Below are positions 18,972 to 27,150 of a DNA stretch of 64,000 bases, piece by piece; positions within the stretch are counted from its first letter, which is position 1; each line of letters opens with the position of its first letter. Under the pieces are notes generated by a model. That model did not search any database. It was given only the letters and a program-made list of their open reading frames with translations, and was not told the origin of the DNA. Source of the DNA: an uncultured Klebsiella sp. GTDB lineage: Bacteria; Pseudomonadota; Gammaproteobacteria; Pseudomonadales; UBA5518. Where the stretch lies: contig CAZSYV010000001.1 in the NCBI GenBank assembly GCA_964610955.1, positions 17,305 to 81,304 on the forward strand, in the 5' to 3' direction. The position numbers and the translations under genes were made by a program.

Positions 18972-20681
18972 ATGAACGAGGATTTCCTGCTGCAGGTGCT
19001 GGTCCTGCTCGGCGCGATCGTGCTGGTGGTGCCGCTGCTGCAGAAGATCGGCGCCGGTTCGGTTTCCGGTTACCTGGTCGCCGGGCTGCTGATCGGCCCG
19101 CCACTGCTCGGCTGGGTGACCGAATACGAGCTGATCGCATCGATTGCCGAGTTCGGCGTCGTGTTCCTGCTGTTCTCGATCGGCATCGAACTGCGCCCGG
19201 CACGCCTGTGGCTGATGCGCCGCCTGGTGTTCGGCCTCGGCACGGCGCAGCTGCTGGTGTGCGGCGCGGCAATTGCGGCACTGCTGTACCTGGGTGGCTT
19301 CACGCTCTCCGCCGCACTCGTCTGCGGTCTTGCGCTGGCGCTGTCATCGACTGCAATCGTGGTGCAGCTGCTTGCCGAGCGACGCGAACTGGCGTCGGCG
19401 CGAGGTCGTGCGTCGTTTGCGGTGCTGCTGATGCAGGACGTTGCCGTCGCACCACTGATCACCCTGGTCTATCTGCTCGGAGCCGGCAGCCCGGAGGCCG
19501 GTGATGGCGCCGTCATGGCAATACTGCGCGCCATTGGTGCCCTGGCGGCGGTACTGATCCTCGGACGCATCGCCTGGCGGCGTCTGCTGCCAGGAATGGC
19601 AGCGCTGCGCAACGCCGACATGTTGGTCGCGCTGGCACTGCTGCTGGTACTCGGTGCCGCCTGGACGATGGAGCACGCGGGCACCTCGCTCGCGCTTGGC
19701 GCCTTCCTGGCAGGCGTGCTGCTCGCCGATTCTCCGTTCCGCCATCAGGTCGTGGCGGACATCCAACCCTTTCGCGGCATCCTGCTCGGGCTGTTCTTCA
19801 TGAGCGTGGGCATGTCGATCGACCGCCACGACGTGCTCTCCAATGGCTCCACCCTGCTTGCACTCGCCCTTGGCCTGATGGTGCTGAAGGCTGTGCTGAT
19901 CGCCCCGTTGCTGCGCGCGTTCGGGCTTGCCACGCGCGATGCACTGCAGGGCGGCGCACTGCTGGCGCAGGCGGGCGAATTCGCGCTGATCCTGTTCGCC
20001 CTTGCAGCCAGTCAGTCGCTGATCGATGCGCAGACGCGTCAGCTGCTCTATCAGATCGTCGTGCTCAGCATGCTGCTGACGCCACTTGCAGATCTTGCCG
20101 GGACGCGCCTGGCACGGCTGTTTGCGAACGAGGCACCGCGCATCACCATGGCAGCACCTCAGGCGGAACATCCGCGCGGTACGCCTGTACTGATCTGTGG
20201 ATTCGGTCGCGTCGGACAGCAGGCGGCACGCGTATTCGAGGCAAACGGCACGCCGTGGCTGGCGATCGATTTCTCCAGCGCTACGATCGAACAGGCACGC
20301 AACGCGGGCCTGCCCGTGTTCTACGGTGACAGCGGGCGCAGTGAGATCCTGCGCGCCCTCGACGCCGAACACGCAGCGCTCGCACTGATCACACTCGATG
20401 ATTCCACCGCTGCCGAACGCACGCTGCTTGCGCTGCACCAGATTGCGCCACGGCTTCGTGTGATCGCCCGCAGCAGCGATGACACCCAGGCGCAGCTGCT
20501 GCACTCGCACGGTGCACTGCGTGCAGTTCCTGAGACTACGGAATACAGCTTGCAGCTCGCACTGGCGGCCCTCGACGAACTGGGTTTCGACGAGCAGCAC
20601 CGCAGCGTGCTCGAGTCAGACTTTCGCCAGGATGAGTACGCCCGTCTGCTCGGACGTCAGCAAATACAGACATCGGAGTGA
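18972..20681 (+). CDS. CPA2 monovalent cation:proton antiporter with C-terminal TrkA-N (KefB/KefC-like)
   Basis: MNEDFLLQVLVLLGAIVLVVPLL... begins about 12 TM helices. The C-terminal Rossmann GxGxxG (ICGFGRVGQ) marks a KTN/TrkA-N domain. Confidence 0.9.
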   Translation: MNEDFLLQVLVLLGAIVLVVPLLQKIGAGSVSGYLVAGLLIGPPLLGWVTEYELIASIAEFGVVFLLFSIGIELRPARLWLMRRLVFGLGTAQLLVCGAAIAALLYLGGFTLSAALVCGLALALSSTAIVVQLLAERRELASARGRASFAVLLMQDVAVAPLITLVYLLGAGSPEAGDGAVMAILRAIGALAAVLILGRIAWRRLLPGMAALRNADMLVALALLLVLGAAWTMEHAGTSLALGAFLAGVLLADSPFRHQVVADIQPFRGILLGLFFMSVGMSIDRHDVLSNGSTLLALALGLMVLKAVLIAPLLRAFGLATRDALQGGALLAQAGEFALILFALAASQSLIDAQTRQLLYQIVVLSMLLTPLADLAGTRLARLFANEAPRITMAAPQAEHPRGTPVLICGFGRVGQQAARVFEANGTPWLAIDFSSATIEQARNAGLPVFYGDSGRSEILRALDAEHAALALITLDDSTAAERTLLALHQIAPRLRVIARSSDDTQAQLLHSHGALRAVPETTEYSLQLALAALDELGFDEQHRSVLESDFRQDEYARLLGRQQIQTSE

Positions 20682-20733
20682 AAGCCGCCCGGACACACCC
20701 ACACGGCGTGCCTGGGTCGATGAATGGTACAGC

Positions 20734-20928
20734 TCAATCGCGGGGAACCTTCTTGTGCGGTGTCTGCGGGCCGCCCGGCCTCGGCAGACCACTGACGCCA
20801 CGTGGAATCTGCTGGATCTCTCCTCCGCCGGCAATAAAGGCGGCGGTTTCCTCGGCAATCAACCGCTGCTGATCCGCAGCCGACGATGCAACCGCACTCT
20901 GCGTATACACTCTGGCCTGTCGTGCCAT
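20734..20928 (-). CDS. Small (64-aa) protein with a SutA-like C-terminal motif
   Basis: A strong RBS (GGAGAGGAG) lies about 10 nt upstream of the ATG. The segment ...EETAAFIAGGGEIQQIPRGVSG... resembles the ...FLSRGGKVQEIE... motif I recall from Pseudomonas SutA. The opposite-strand ORF 20678-20872 shows no family resemblance. Confidence 0.5.
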   Translation of the reverse strand: MARQARVYTQSAVASSAADQQRLIAEETAAFIAGGGEIQQIPRGVSGLPRPGGPQTPHKKVPRD

Positions 20929-20981
20929 ATCTACCTACTCCTCTCCATCGGCAGCATTGCGCTGCCCTCTCTCTCGTACAC

Positions 20982-21440
20982 TCAATCCCGCAGCCGATCC
21001 GGCGCGCCAGGCGAGTCTTCGGCGAGCGGGATCTGCGGTGCAGACACCTGTTCCGCGTGAATCGTGGCAATCACCCGCTGTGCACCAGGGGGATCGAACG
21101 GGTATTCGTCCACACCCATGTAGTAGCGTGCGATCGAGTTGATGAAACTGCGATCGACATCGTCCTGCAGTTCGACGACTCCCCGCAGCTCAACGTAACG
21201 GTTCGGGTTGTTGCGATGGGGAACCGAGATTGCACAGCGTGGATCGTTGACCAGGTTGCGGTACTTCTGCCGTGACTTCACGGTGCTGAAGCGCAGATGC
21301 ACGCCATCCCACATCAGACTGACCGGATTGACCGACAGCCGCCCATCCGGGCGCAGTGTCGCCAGGTGTCCGGTCGGGCGATCGCGCAGGATGTCCTGAT
21401 GCGACTCCGGGACCGGCTGGTTCGGTGGGAACGTCGTCAT
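20982..21440 (-). CDS. PPOX-class (pyridoxamine 5'-phosphate oxidase-like) split-barrel flavin/deazaflavin protein
   Basis: ...TGHLATLRPDGRLSVNPVSLMWDGVHLRFSTVKSRQKYRNLVNDPRCAISV... matches the PPOX-class probable F420-dependent enzyme pattern. A GGGAGA RBS lies 7 nt before ATG 21440. Confidence 0.8.
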   Translation of the reverse strand: MTTFPPNQPVPESHQDILRDRPTGHLATLRPDGRLSVNPVSLMWDGVHLRFSTVKSRQKYRNLVNDPRCAISVPHRNNPNRYVELRGVVELQDDVDRSFINSIARYYMGVDEYPFDPPGAQRVIATIHAEQVSAPQIPLAEDSPGAPDRLRD

Positions 21441-21531
21441 GTGCATTCTCCCTGATGCTGCAGCAGCCGTACCTGGTGAGACGGCAAACGAAGCGCGACC
21501 AATGACGACCGCGCCGGTTCGATGACCTGGT

Positions 21532-23526
21532 TCAGATGATGAGGCCGATGTTCGCGCCGTGACGCGTCGCCTCGGCAAGGCGCCGAGGCAGCCAGGCAGC
21601 ACCCGCGAGGTAGACCTCTGCGATTTCACCATCGAGCTTCAGCTCGTCATAGAGCGAGTGCACAGGAACCGCACCATAGACGAGCACCACGCTGTCGAAA
21701 CCCTCGAAGCGATAGCTCCCGTTACCCCAGGACGACGCCAGCTCGATCGCGCCCTGCTCGATCTTCTTCAGGACCAGGTTCGGGTGAACCTTCACGCCAC
21801 ACTGCTCCATGCGGCTGAGCACCATGCCGATCGAGTAACGGGCAATGTCGGTGCCCAGATGCACCGATTTGTGGAACACCTCGACCTGCTTGCCGCGTGA
21901 GCTGAGGTATTCGGCAACACAGGGTGTCTGGTAATAGTCTTCCTGCGAGATCACCGCAACACGATTGCCGGCAGCCACAGCCTTGCCGAGCATCACGTCC
22001 CAGCCCTGCGCGACGTGCGGCAGGTCCAGCCCCTCGACACGGTCCGGCCAGCGGGGCACGGCACCGGTTGCGACCACCACCGCATCGGGTGCCAGTGCCT
22101 TGATTGCCGCCAGATCGGCATCGGCTTCCAGTCGCACATCGACCTTCAGCCGCTCGAGCGCATTCTCCTCGAAGTACGCCTGGTCCTCGAAGGAGTCACG
22201 CCCGGGTGCCTTCGCCGCAATCAGCAACTGCCCGCCAAGGCGCTTGCCCTTCTCCAGCAGCGTGACCTTGTGGCCACGCATCGCCGCAACGCGCGCGGCC
22301 TCGCAACCGGCGATACCACCACCGACCACCAGCACGTTCTTCACCTTCTGCGCCGGCTTGAACTCGTTCTCCCAGCGCAGTTCGTTGCCGATCACCGGGT
22401 TGATCGAACACACGGGGGTATAGGGGAAGGTCTTCGGTTCCGACGCCTCGTCGATGCAGCGCGTGCAGGCAATGCAGCGACGGATCTCGCCGAGCCGGCC
22501 CTCGCGCGCCTTGTTGGCGAACTCCGGGTCGGCAATCCCCGCGCGCACCATGCCGACGAGATCGCAGTAACCGCCACGCAGCAGTTCCTCGGCAAGCACG
22601 GGGTCGTTGATTCTGCCGGTGAACAGCACCTTGACCTTGGGGTCGAGGTCGGCGCGAGCCGCCTTGCCATACTCCCGGTATTCCGCGTGTGGGTGGTACG
22701 AGGACGGCACATACGAGGGTTCCCCCCAGCAGTGGCCGGTGTCGATGTCGACGAAATCGAGCAGACCGGTCTCTGCAATGCAGTAGACCATCTCGCGCAT
22801 TTCCATGTTGTCGTAGCCGCCTTCGCGAAACTCCGCGCCGGCAATGCGAATGCCGAGTGCCATCGAATCGCCCACCCGCTCACGTATGCGCTTCAGCGCC
22901 TCGACGACGAAACGCACGCGCTCCTGCGGGCCACCGCCCCAGTGATCGGTGCGCCGGTTGGTCACCGGCGAGAGGAAACTGTAGCCGAGCGTCTCGTGCG
23001 CGCAGTGGATCTCGATGCCATCGGCACCCGATGCCTTTGCAACCTCCGCCGCATCGACATAGGTCTGCAGGCAGAACTCGATCTCCGCCTCACCCATCAC
23101 GTGCGGGGTGTAGTCCTGCACCCCCAGCACGGGCACCGGCGACGGTGCCCATACGGAATTGAGATGGGTGAGTTGCACCACGGCAACCGAACCGCACTTG
23201 TGCACCTCCTCGACGAACCTCGCCATGCTCTCCCCAAAGGCGGGACTCTGGTAGGCAGCAAAGTGCGGCGCGCAGCCGATCGACAGGCCGATCTCATCCG
23301 GCGCTTGCGGGGGGAACGGCACGTTCAGCAGCCAGGTCTCGCTGCCGATCCAGCCGGTGCCCCCCTTCGCCTTGGCGACGTGGTGTGCGATGAAATGTTC
23401 ATCGAGGATCCCCGGCGTCATCGAGGAGTTGATCGTGTTGGTGGTTTCGCAGATGCGGTTCGGTACCCGCATCGGCCCAACCTGCAGAGGAGTGAAAAGA
23501 TGCTCGAAGTTGACGTGGTTGCTCAT
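21532..23526 (-). CDS. Old-yellow-enzyme / 2,4-dienoyl-CoA reductase-family NADH:flavin oxidoreductase with C-terminal FAD/NAD(P) domain
   Basis: The N-terminal OYE TIM barrel has LFTPLQVGPMRVPNRI, IEIHCAHETLGYSFLSPVTNRRTDHWGG. It also has an Fe-S Cys cluster (CIACTRCID) and the dinucleotide motif VVGGGIAGCEAA. Confidence 0.9.
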   Translation of the reverse strand: MSNHVNFEHLFTPLQVGPMRVPNRICETTNTINSSMTPGILDEHFIAHHVAKAKGGTGWIGSETWLLNVPFPPQAPDEIGLSIGCAPHFAAYQSPAFGESMARFVEEVHKCGSVAVVQLTHLNSVWAPSPVPVLGVQDYTPHVMGEAEIEFCLQTYVDAAEVAKASGADGIEIHCAHETLGYSFLSPVTNRRTDHWGGGPQERVRFVVEALKRIRERVGDSMALGIRIAGAEFREGGYDNMEMREMVYCIAETGLLDFVDIDTGHCWGEPSYVPSSYHPHAEYREYGKAARADLDPKVKVLFTGRINDPVLAEELLRGGYCDLVGMVRAGIADPEFANKAREGRLGEIRRCIACTRCIDEASEPKTFPYTPVCSINPVIGNELRWENEFKPAQKVKNVLVVGGGIAGCEAARVAAMRGHKVTLLEKGKRLGGQLLIAAKAPGRDSFEDQAYFEENALERLKVDVRLEADADLAAIKALAPDAVVVATGAVPRWPDRVEGLDLPHVAQGWDVMLGKAVAAGNRVAVISQEDYYQTPCVAEYLSSRGKQVEVFHKSVHLGTDIARYSIGMVLSRMEQCGVKVHPNLVLKKIEQGAIELASSWGNGSYRFEGFDSVVLVYGAVPVHSLYDELKLDGEIAEVYLAGAAWLPRRLAEATRHGANIGLII

Positions 23527-23699
23527 GTCGTTCCTTTCCTCTCATGAACCGCACAACGGCGTCGATGATGTCGCGTATCAATGACGGCAGGCCGCACCCG
23601 CAGATACACTCCGCAGGTGCGCCATGCAGCTTGCCTCATGACATATGAAGGCCGGGGCACTCCCGTGATCTCCGGGAACGACGCACCCCGCCTCAGACC

Positions 23700-24221
23700 T
23701 CAGGCCGCAGGCCCGGTGGCCTTGAGTCCGAAGATGCCGAACTTGCGGTCCGTAGTCTGCTGGAAGTAATACCACGACGGGAACACGGCACGCAGCTTCG
23801 GCCACAGTGCCTCGCGCTCATTGTCGTCGCTGACCTCGCGCACGCTCGCATGCATCTTGTCGCGATCGAGCTGAATCGTGCACTCGGGCCGGGCACGCAG
23901 GTTCTTCACCCAGGCCGGATCATCGTCATAGCCTGCAAGCGAGCCGACGATGAACATCTCGTCGCCCTGCTTCAGAAACACCAGCGGTGTGATGTGCGGC
24001 TTGCCCGACTTGCGACCGACGTGCGTGAGCAACAGCGTCGGCACGCCCCAGGGGGGAATGCCCTTCGACCGACCATCCGGGTTGGCCAGGTAGGACTCGA
24101 CATCGGCCTTTGCATCGCCACGAATCCGCTCCATCGAGGCAGTCTGCTCCTTCAGCATCTTCCACTCCTCATCGGTGAGGAAGTCGGGCTTGGTCATGCT
24201 GTCCCGGTCGTGCGTCGCCAT
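23700..24221 (-). CDS. Nitroreductase-family deazaflavin-dependent oxidoreductase-like protein (DDN-like)
   Basis: ...THVGRKSGKPHITPLVFLKQGDEMFIVGSLAGYDDDPAWVKNLRARPECTIQL...EREALWPKLRAVFPSWYYFQQTTDRKFGIFGLK follows the DDN-family pattern (G-R-x-TPL, P-x-W-x-x-NL, Y-Q-x-x-T-x-R). A GGAG RBS is present. Confidence 0.85.
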   Translation of the reverse strand: MATHDRDSMTKPDFLTDEEWKMLKEQTASMERIRGDAKADVESYLANPDGRSKGIPPWGVPTLLLTHVGRKSGKPHITPLVFLKQGDEMFIVGSLAGYDDDPAWVKNLRARPECTIQLDRDKMHASVREVSDDNEREALWPKLRAVFPSWYYFQQTTDRKFGIFGLKATGPAA

Positions 24222-24277
24222 TCAAGGATCTCCAGATGAGTGATACAGGGTTGACTGCAGCCCAGTGCTGTTCATTG

Positions 24278-24303
24278 GACGACGGATGGGCTGCGGCGGA
24301 TCA
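24278..24303 (-). promoter_or_regulatory. Second TGATCC-N16-CGTC motif (candidate ECF/ChrR-type promoter) upstream of the DDN-like gene
   Basis: The minus strand reads TGATCC GCCGCAGCCCATCCGT CGTCCAAT, with the same -35 hexamer and spacing as the motif at 9424-9453. It lies about 55 nt upstream of ATG 24221. Confidence 0.3.
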
Positions 24304-24432
24304 CGGTACTTACGCAATGGATACTCTGGAAGCATGACGATTTTGGAAACGCTTTGCAACGCATTGGGCAGGCGGCACGCTCTTGCCCCTCCCCGTGCTA
24401 CCGTAGACGCATTGGCAAGCAGGGTCTGTGTC

Positions 24433-26184
24433 ATGGAAGTGAAGATCAGCCACCTCACCGGGATGCAGACGAGCATCAGGACACTGCTCGCCTGCCTGCC
24501 CTTCATCGGCATCGGCGCGGTTGCTGCAGACAAGGCGCAGACGCCCGACGCCAGCACCCTGTATCACAACGCCATCGTACTGACCATGGATCCTGCCGGA
24601 GAACGCGCGGATGCCATCCTGGTGCGCGAAGGTCGGATCCTTGCCGTGGGCGAAACCGAAACACTGCGCAGTACACACGCCCATGAAGGGGTACACGAGG
24701 TGGACCTGGGGGGTCGAACGGTGCTGCCGGGCTTCATCGATGGGCACAGCCACTTCGGCCAGGCAATGACCCTGATCGACTGGGCCGACCTCTCCGCCCC
24801 CCCGGTCGGTCATGTGGACAGTATCCCGACACTGCTCGAGGCACTGCGTGCCCATGTGCGCACACGAGGCATCACCGCGGGTGAGTGGATCATCGGCTAC
24901 GGCTACGACCACGAGACGCTGCGTGAGGCACGTCATCCGACACGCGATGACCTCGATGCCGTGTTTCCCGACAACCCCGTGCTGCTGATGCACATCTCCA
25001 GCCACGGCATGGTGCTCAACTCGCAGGCCCTGGCGAAGGCCGGAATCGACGCATCGACGCCCACGCCCGAGGGAGGCGTGATTGCCCGGCGCCCCGGCAG
25101 CAGCGAACCGAACGGCCTGCTGATGGAAACGGCCATGATCCCGGCCTACGCCGTGTTCCCACGTCCGGACGCGGCGCAGCAGGAAGCCAGGCTGGACCGC
25201 GCACAGCAACTCTACGCAAGCAACGGCTACACGACGATCCAGGACGGGGCCAGCTCTCCCGAGACACTCGCGCTGCTCGATGCCGCAGCGGCACGCGGCG
25301 CCCTGTGGCTCGATGTGGTCACGCTGCCCGCGGTGATAAGCGCCGGGGAAGAGCTGGACCAGGCCCTTGCAGCACCCTTCGGGCAATATCAGGGCCGACA
25401 CAAGCGGGGCGGAATCAAGGTGATCGCCGATGGATCCCCGCAGGGACGCACCGCCTGGTTCAGCAAACCGATGCGGGTTCCCGGACCCAACGGCGAAACC
25501 GACTGGACCGGGGTGGCGTTCATTCCGCAAGCCAGCTACGAGGCAATCCTCACGCGAGTGCTTGCCGCCGGAGTACCCCTCTGGACACACGCCAACGGCG
25601 ATGCCGCAATCGACATGGTGATCCGCACACACGAGCGCAGCAAGGTTCAGCGCAGCGATGACCGCCGCCATGTCGTGGTGCATTCACAGTTCGTGCGCCC
25701 GGATCAGCTCGATGCGTATTACCGACTTGGACTGGCAGCAAGCTTCTTCAGCAACCATGCCTTTTTCTGGGGGGACGTGCACCTGCGCAACCTCGGACCC
25801 GAGCGCACCAGTCACCTGAGTCCGCTGCGCAGTGCGCACGAGCGTGGCATCCGCTACAGCAACCACAGCGATTATTCAGTGACACCCCTCGACCCGATGT
25901 TCGAACTCTGGAGCGCAGCAAACCGCATCACGCGCAGCGGCATCGTGCTCGGCCCCGAAGAGCGGATCAGCGTGCAGCGTGCGCTCGAGGCACTGACGAT
26001 CGATGCGGCGTGGATCTATCGTGAAGAGCACGACAAGGGCAGCATCACGGTCGGCAAGCGGGCCGATTTCACGATCCTCGACCACAACCCCCTGGAAATC
26101 GATCCACTGCGCCTTCGCGAGCTGCACGTCGTCGCAACCATCAAGGACGGCAGCCGGGTGTGGGGCGAACTCGAGAAACGATAG
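24433..26184 (+). CDS. Secreted metal-dependent amidohydrolase (Amidohydro_3 / YtcJ-like)
   Basis: Signal peptide (..MQTSIRTLLACLPFIGIGAVAA), ...ILVREGRILAVG..., the HxH metal motif (GFIDGHSHF) and C-terminal ...GSITVGKRADFTILD... The start may be ATG 24463. The track start at 24265 is probably an over-extension. Confidence 0.85.
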   Translation: MEVKISHLTGMQTSIRTLLACLPFIGIGAVAADKAQTPDASTLYHNAIVLTMDPAGERADAILVREGRILAVGETETLRSTHAHEGVHEVDLGGRTVLPGFIDGHSHFGQAMTLIDWADLSAPPVGHVDSIPTLLEALRAHVRTRGITAGEWIIGYGYDHETLREARHPTRDDLDAVFPDNPVLLMHISSHGMVLNSQALAKAGIDASTPTPEGGVIARRPGSSEPNGLLMETAMIPAYAVFPRPDAAQQEARLDRAQQLYASNGYTTIQDGASSPETLALLDAAAARGALWLDVVTLPAVISAGEELDQALAAPFGQYQGRHKRGGIKVIADGSPQGRTAWFSKPMRVPGPNGETDWTGVAFIPQASYEAILTRVLAAGVPLWTHANGDAAIDMVIRTHERSKVQRSDDRRHVVVHSQFVRPDQLDAYYRLGLAASFFSNHAFFWGDVHLRNLGPERTSHLSPLRSAHERGIRYSNHSDYSVTPLDPMFELWSAANRITRSGIVLGPEERISVQRALEALTIDAAWIYREEHDKGSITVGKRADFTILDHNPLEIDPLRLRELHVVATIKDGSRVWGELEKR

Positions 26185-26198
26185 CCTCGACCCGAGGA

Positions 26199-27149
26199 CT
26201 ACGGCCCGGGCGAGGGCGATGGCTCCTCCGGCTTGACCTCTGCCGGTGAGGGCTCCTCCGGCCCGGGCTCTGCCAATGGCGGCTCCACCGGCGACGGCTC
26301 CACCGGCGAGACCAGCCCGCAGGCTGGGCCTGGTGGCTGTACGGAATCATCGATACCGGGCAATCCAGACGCTTCCTCGCACATCGAGGGCTCGACAGCG
26401 CCGTGCGCATCGACGGGCGGCACGGACTCCGGCGCAATGGATTGTGGCTGCCCCTCACTGGGCACCGGCAACTGCACCTGCGGTGAAGGTGCAGCAGTTG
26501 CAGTTGCCGCACTCTCCACCGCCTCGGCAGCTGCGGCAGCTTCAGCAGCTTTGGCAGCCTCGGCAGCAGCAGCGGCTTCAGCGGCTTTGGCCGCTTCGGC
26601 AGCTTCGGCAGCTTCGGCAGATGCAGCAGCTTCTGCGTAGGTGTGCATTTCATCCAGCGTGTACTGCACTGCCGCAAAGAACCGCCGATAGAAGAGCCGG
26701 TCACCGATCGTTTCCTCGGCAACCTTGACCAGTGCGTCCGCGCTCTGCCCTATCGGCAGAGAGATGGACCCCACGCCGGCAAGCCCCACACTCGCTGGAT
26801 TGCTGCTCTTCTTCAGGTCATAAGTGCTCAGCAGCCCGGTTGCATACAGCGTGCTCCCCACCCCGTCCGGCACGCAGGCGATGTTCATTTCGATGAAGGT
26901 ATTCGCCTTGCCTTCGATTCGGTAGGCCTTGTGACCCTTGACCTGCTCCATGCTCGCAGAGTCGATCAGATATCCCTGACCAAGCAGCGAGCGACGCGCG
27001 CTCTCACACGCAAGCGTCTGATCATCATCGACCTTGAGCCGGAACGGACTGTCGGCCGAGAAACTTTCACGGGTGTAGACCGCCTGTGTGCTGCAACCCA
27101 TCAACAGCATGACACACAGAACCAGATGGACCCTTGCGAAACTCTTCAT
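26199..27149 (-). CDS. Lipoprotein (DUF2242-like N-domain) with Ala/Glu-repeat and Pro-rich low-complexity C-terminal tail
   Basis: Lipobox LLMGC in MKSFARVHLVLCVMLLMGCS. The ATG at 27149 lies 1 nt after the mscK stop codon. The tail reads AEAAASAEAAEAAEAAKAAEAAAAAEAAKAAEAAAAAEA, followed by PSP/PEEPSP-type repeats. Confidence 0.75.
   Translation of the reverse strand: MKSFARVHLVLCVMLLMGCSTQAVYTRESFSADSPFRLKVDDDQTLACESARRSLLGQGYLIDSASMEQVKGHKAYRIEGKANTFIEMNIACVPDGVGSTLYATGLLSTYDLKKSSNPASVGLAGVGSISLPIGQSADALVKVAEETIGDRLFYRRFFAAVQYTLDEMHTYAEAAASAEAAEAAEAAKAAEAAAAAEAAKAAEAAAAAEAVESAATATAAPSPQVQLPVPSEGQPQSIAPESVPPVDAHGAVEPSMCEEASGLPGIDDSVQPPGPACGLVSPVEPSPVEPPLAEPGPEEPSPAEVKPEEPSPSPGP
26490..26636 (-). 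repeat. Imperfect in-frame tandem repeat (GCAGCTTCGGCA-like units) encoding (A/E/K)-rich repeats
   Basis: Runs such as gcttcggcagcttcggcagcttcggcag are directly visible. The repeat is coding low-complexity sequence, not a CRISPR array or a noncoding repeat. Confidence 0.8.
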
Positions 27150-27150
27150 G

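Noticed and set aside
26233-26728. Repetitive DNA that at first glance resembles a short-repeat array; the plus-strand ORFs 26233-26640 and 26246-26728
   Set aside because: The repeats are contiguous in-frame codon repeats (Ala/Glu/Lys, then Pro-rich) inside the lipoprotein gene. There are no unique spacers and no repeat-spacer periodicity, so this is not a CRISPR array. The plus-strand ORFs are mirror images of the low-complexity region.
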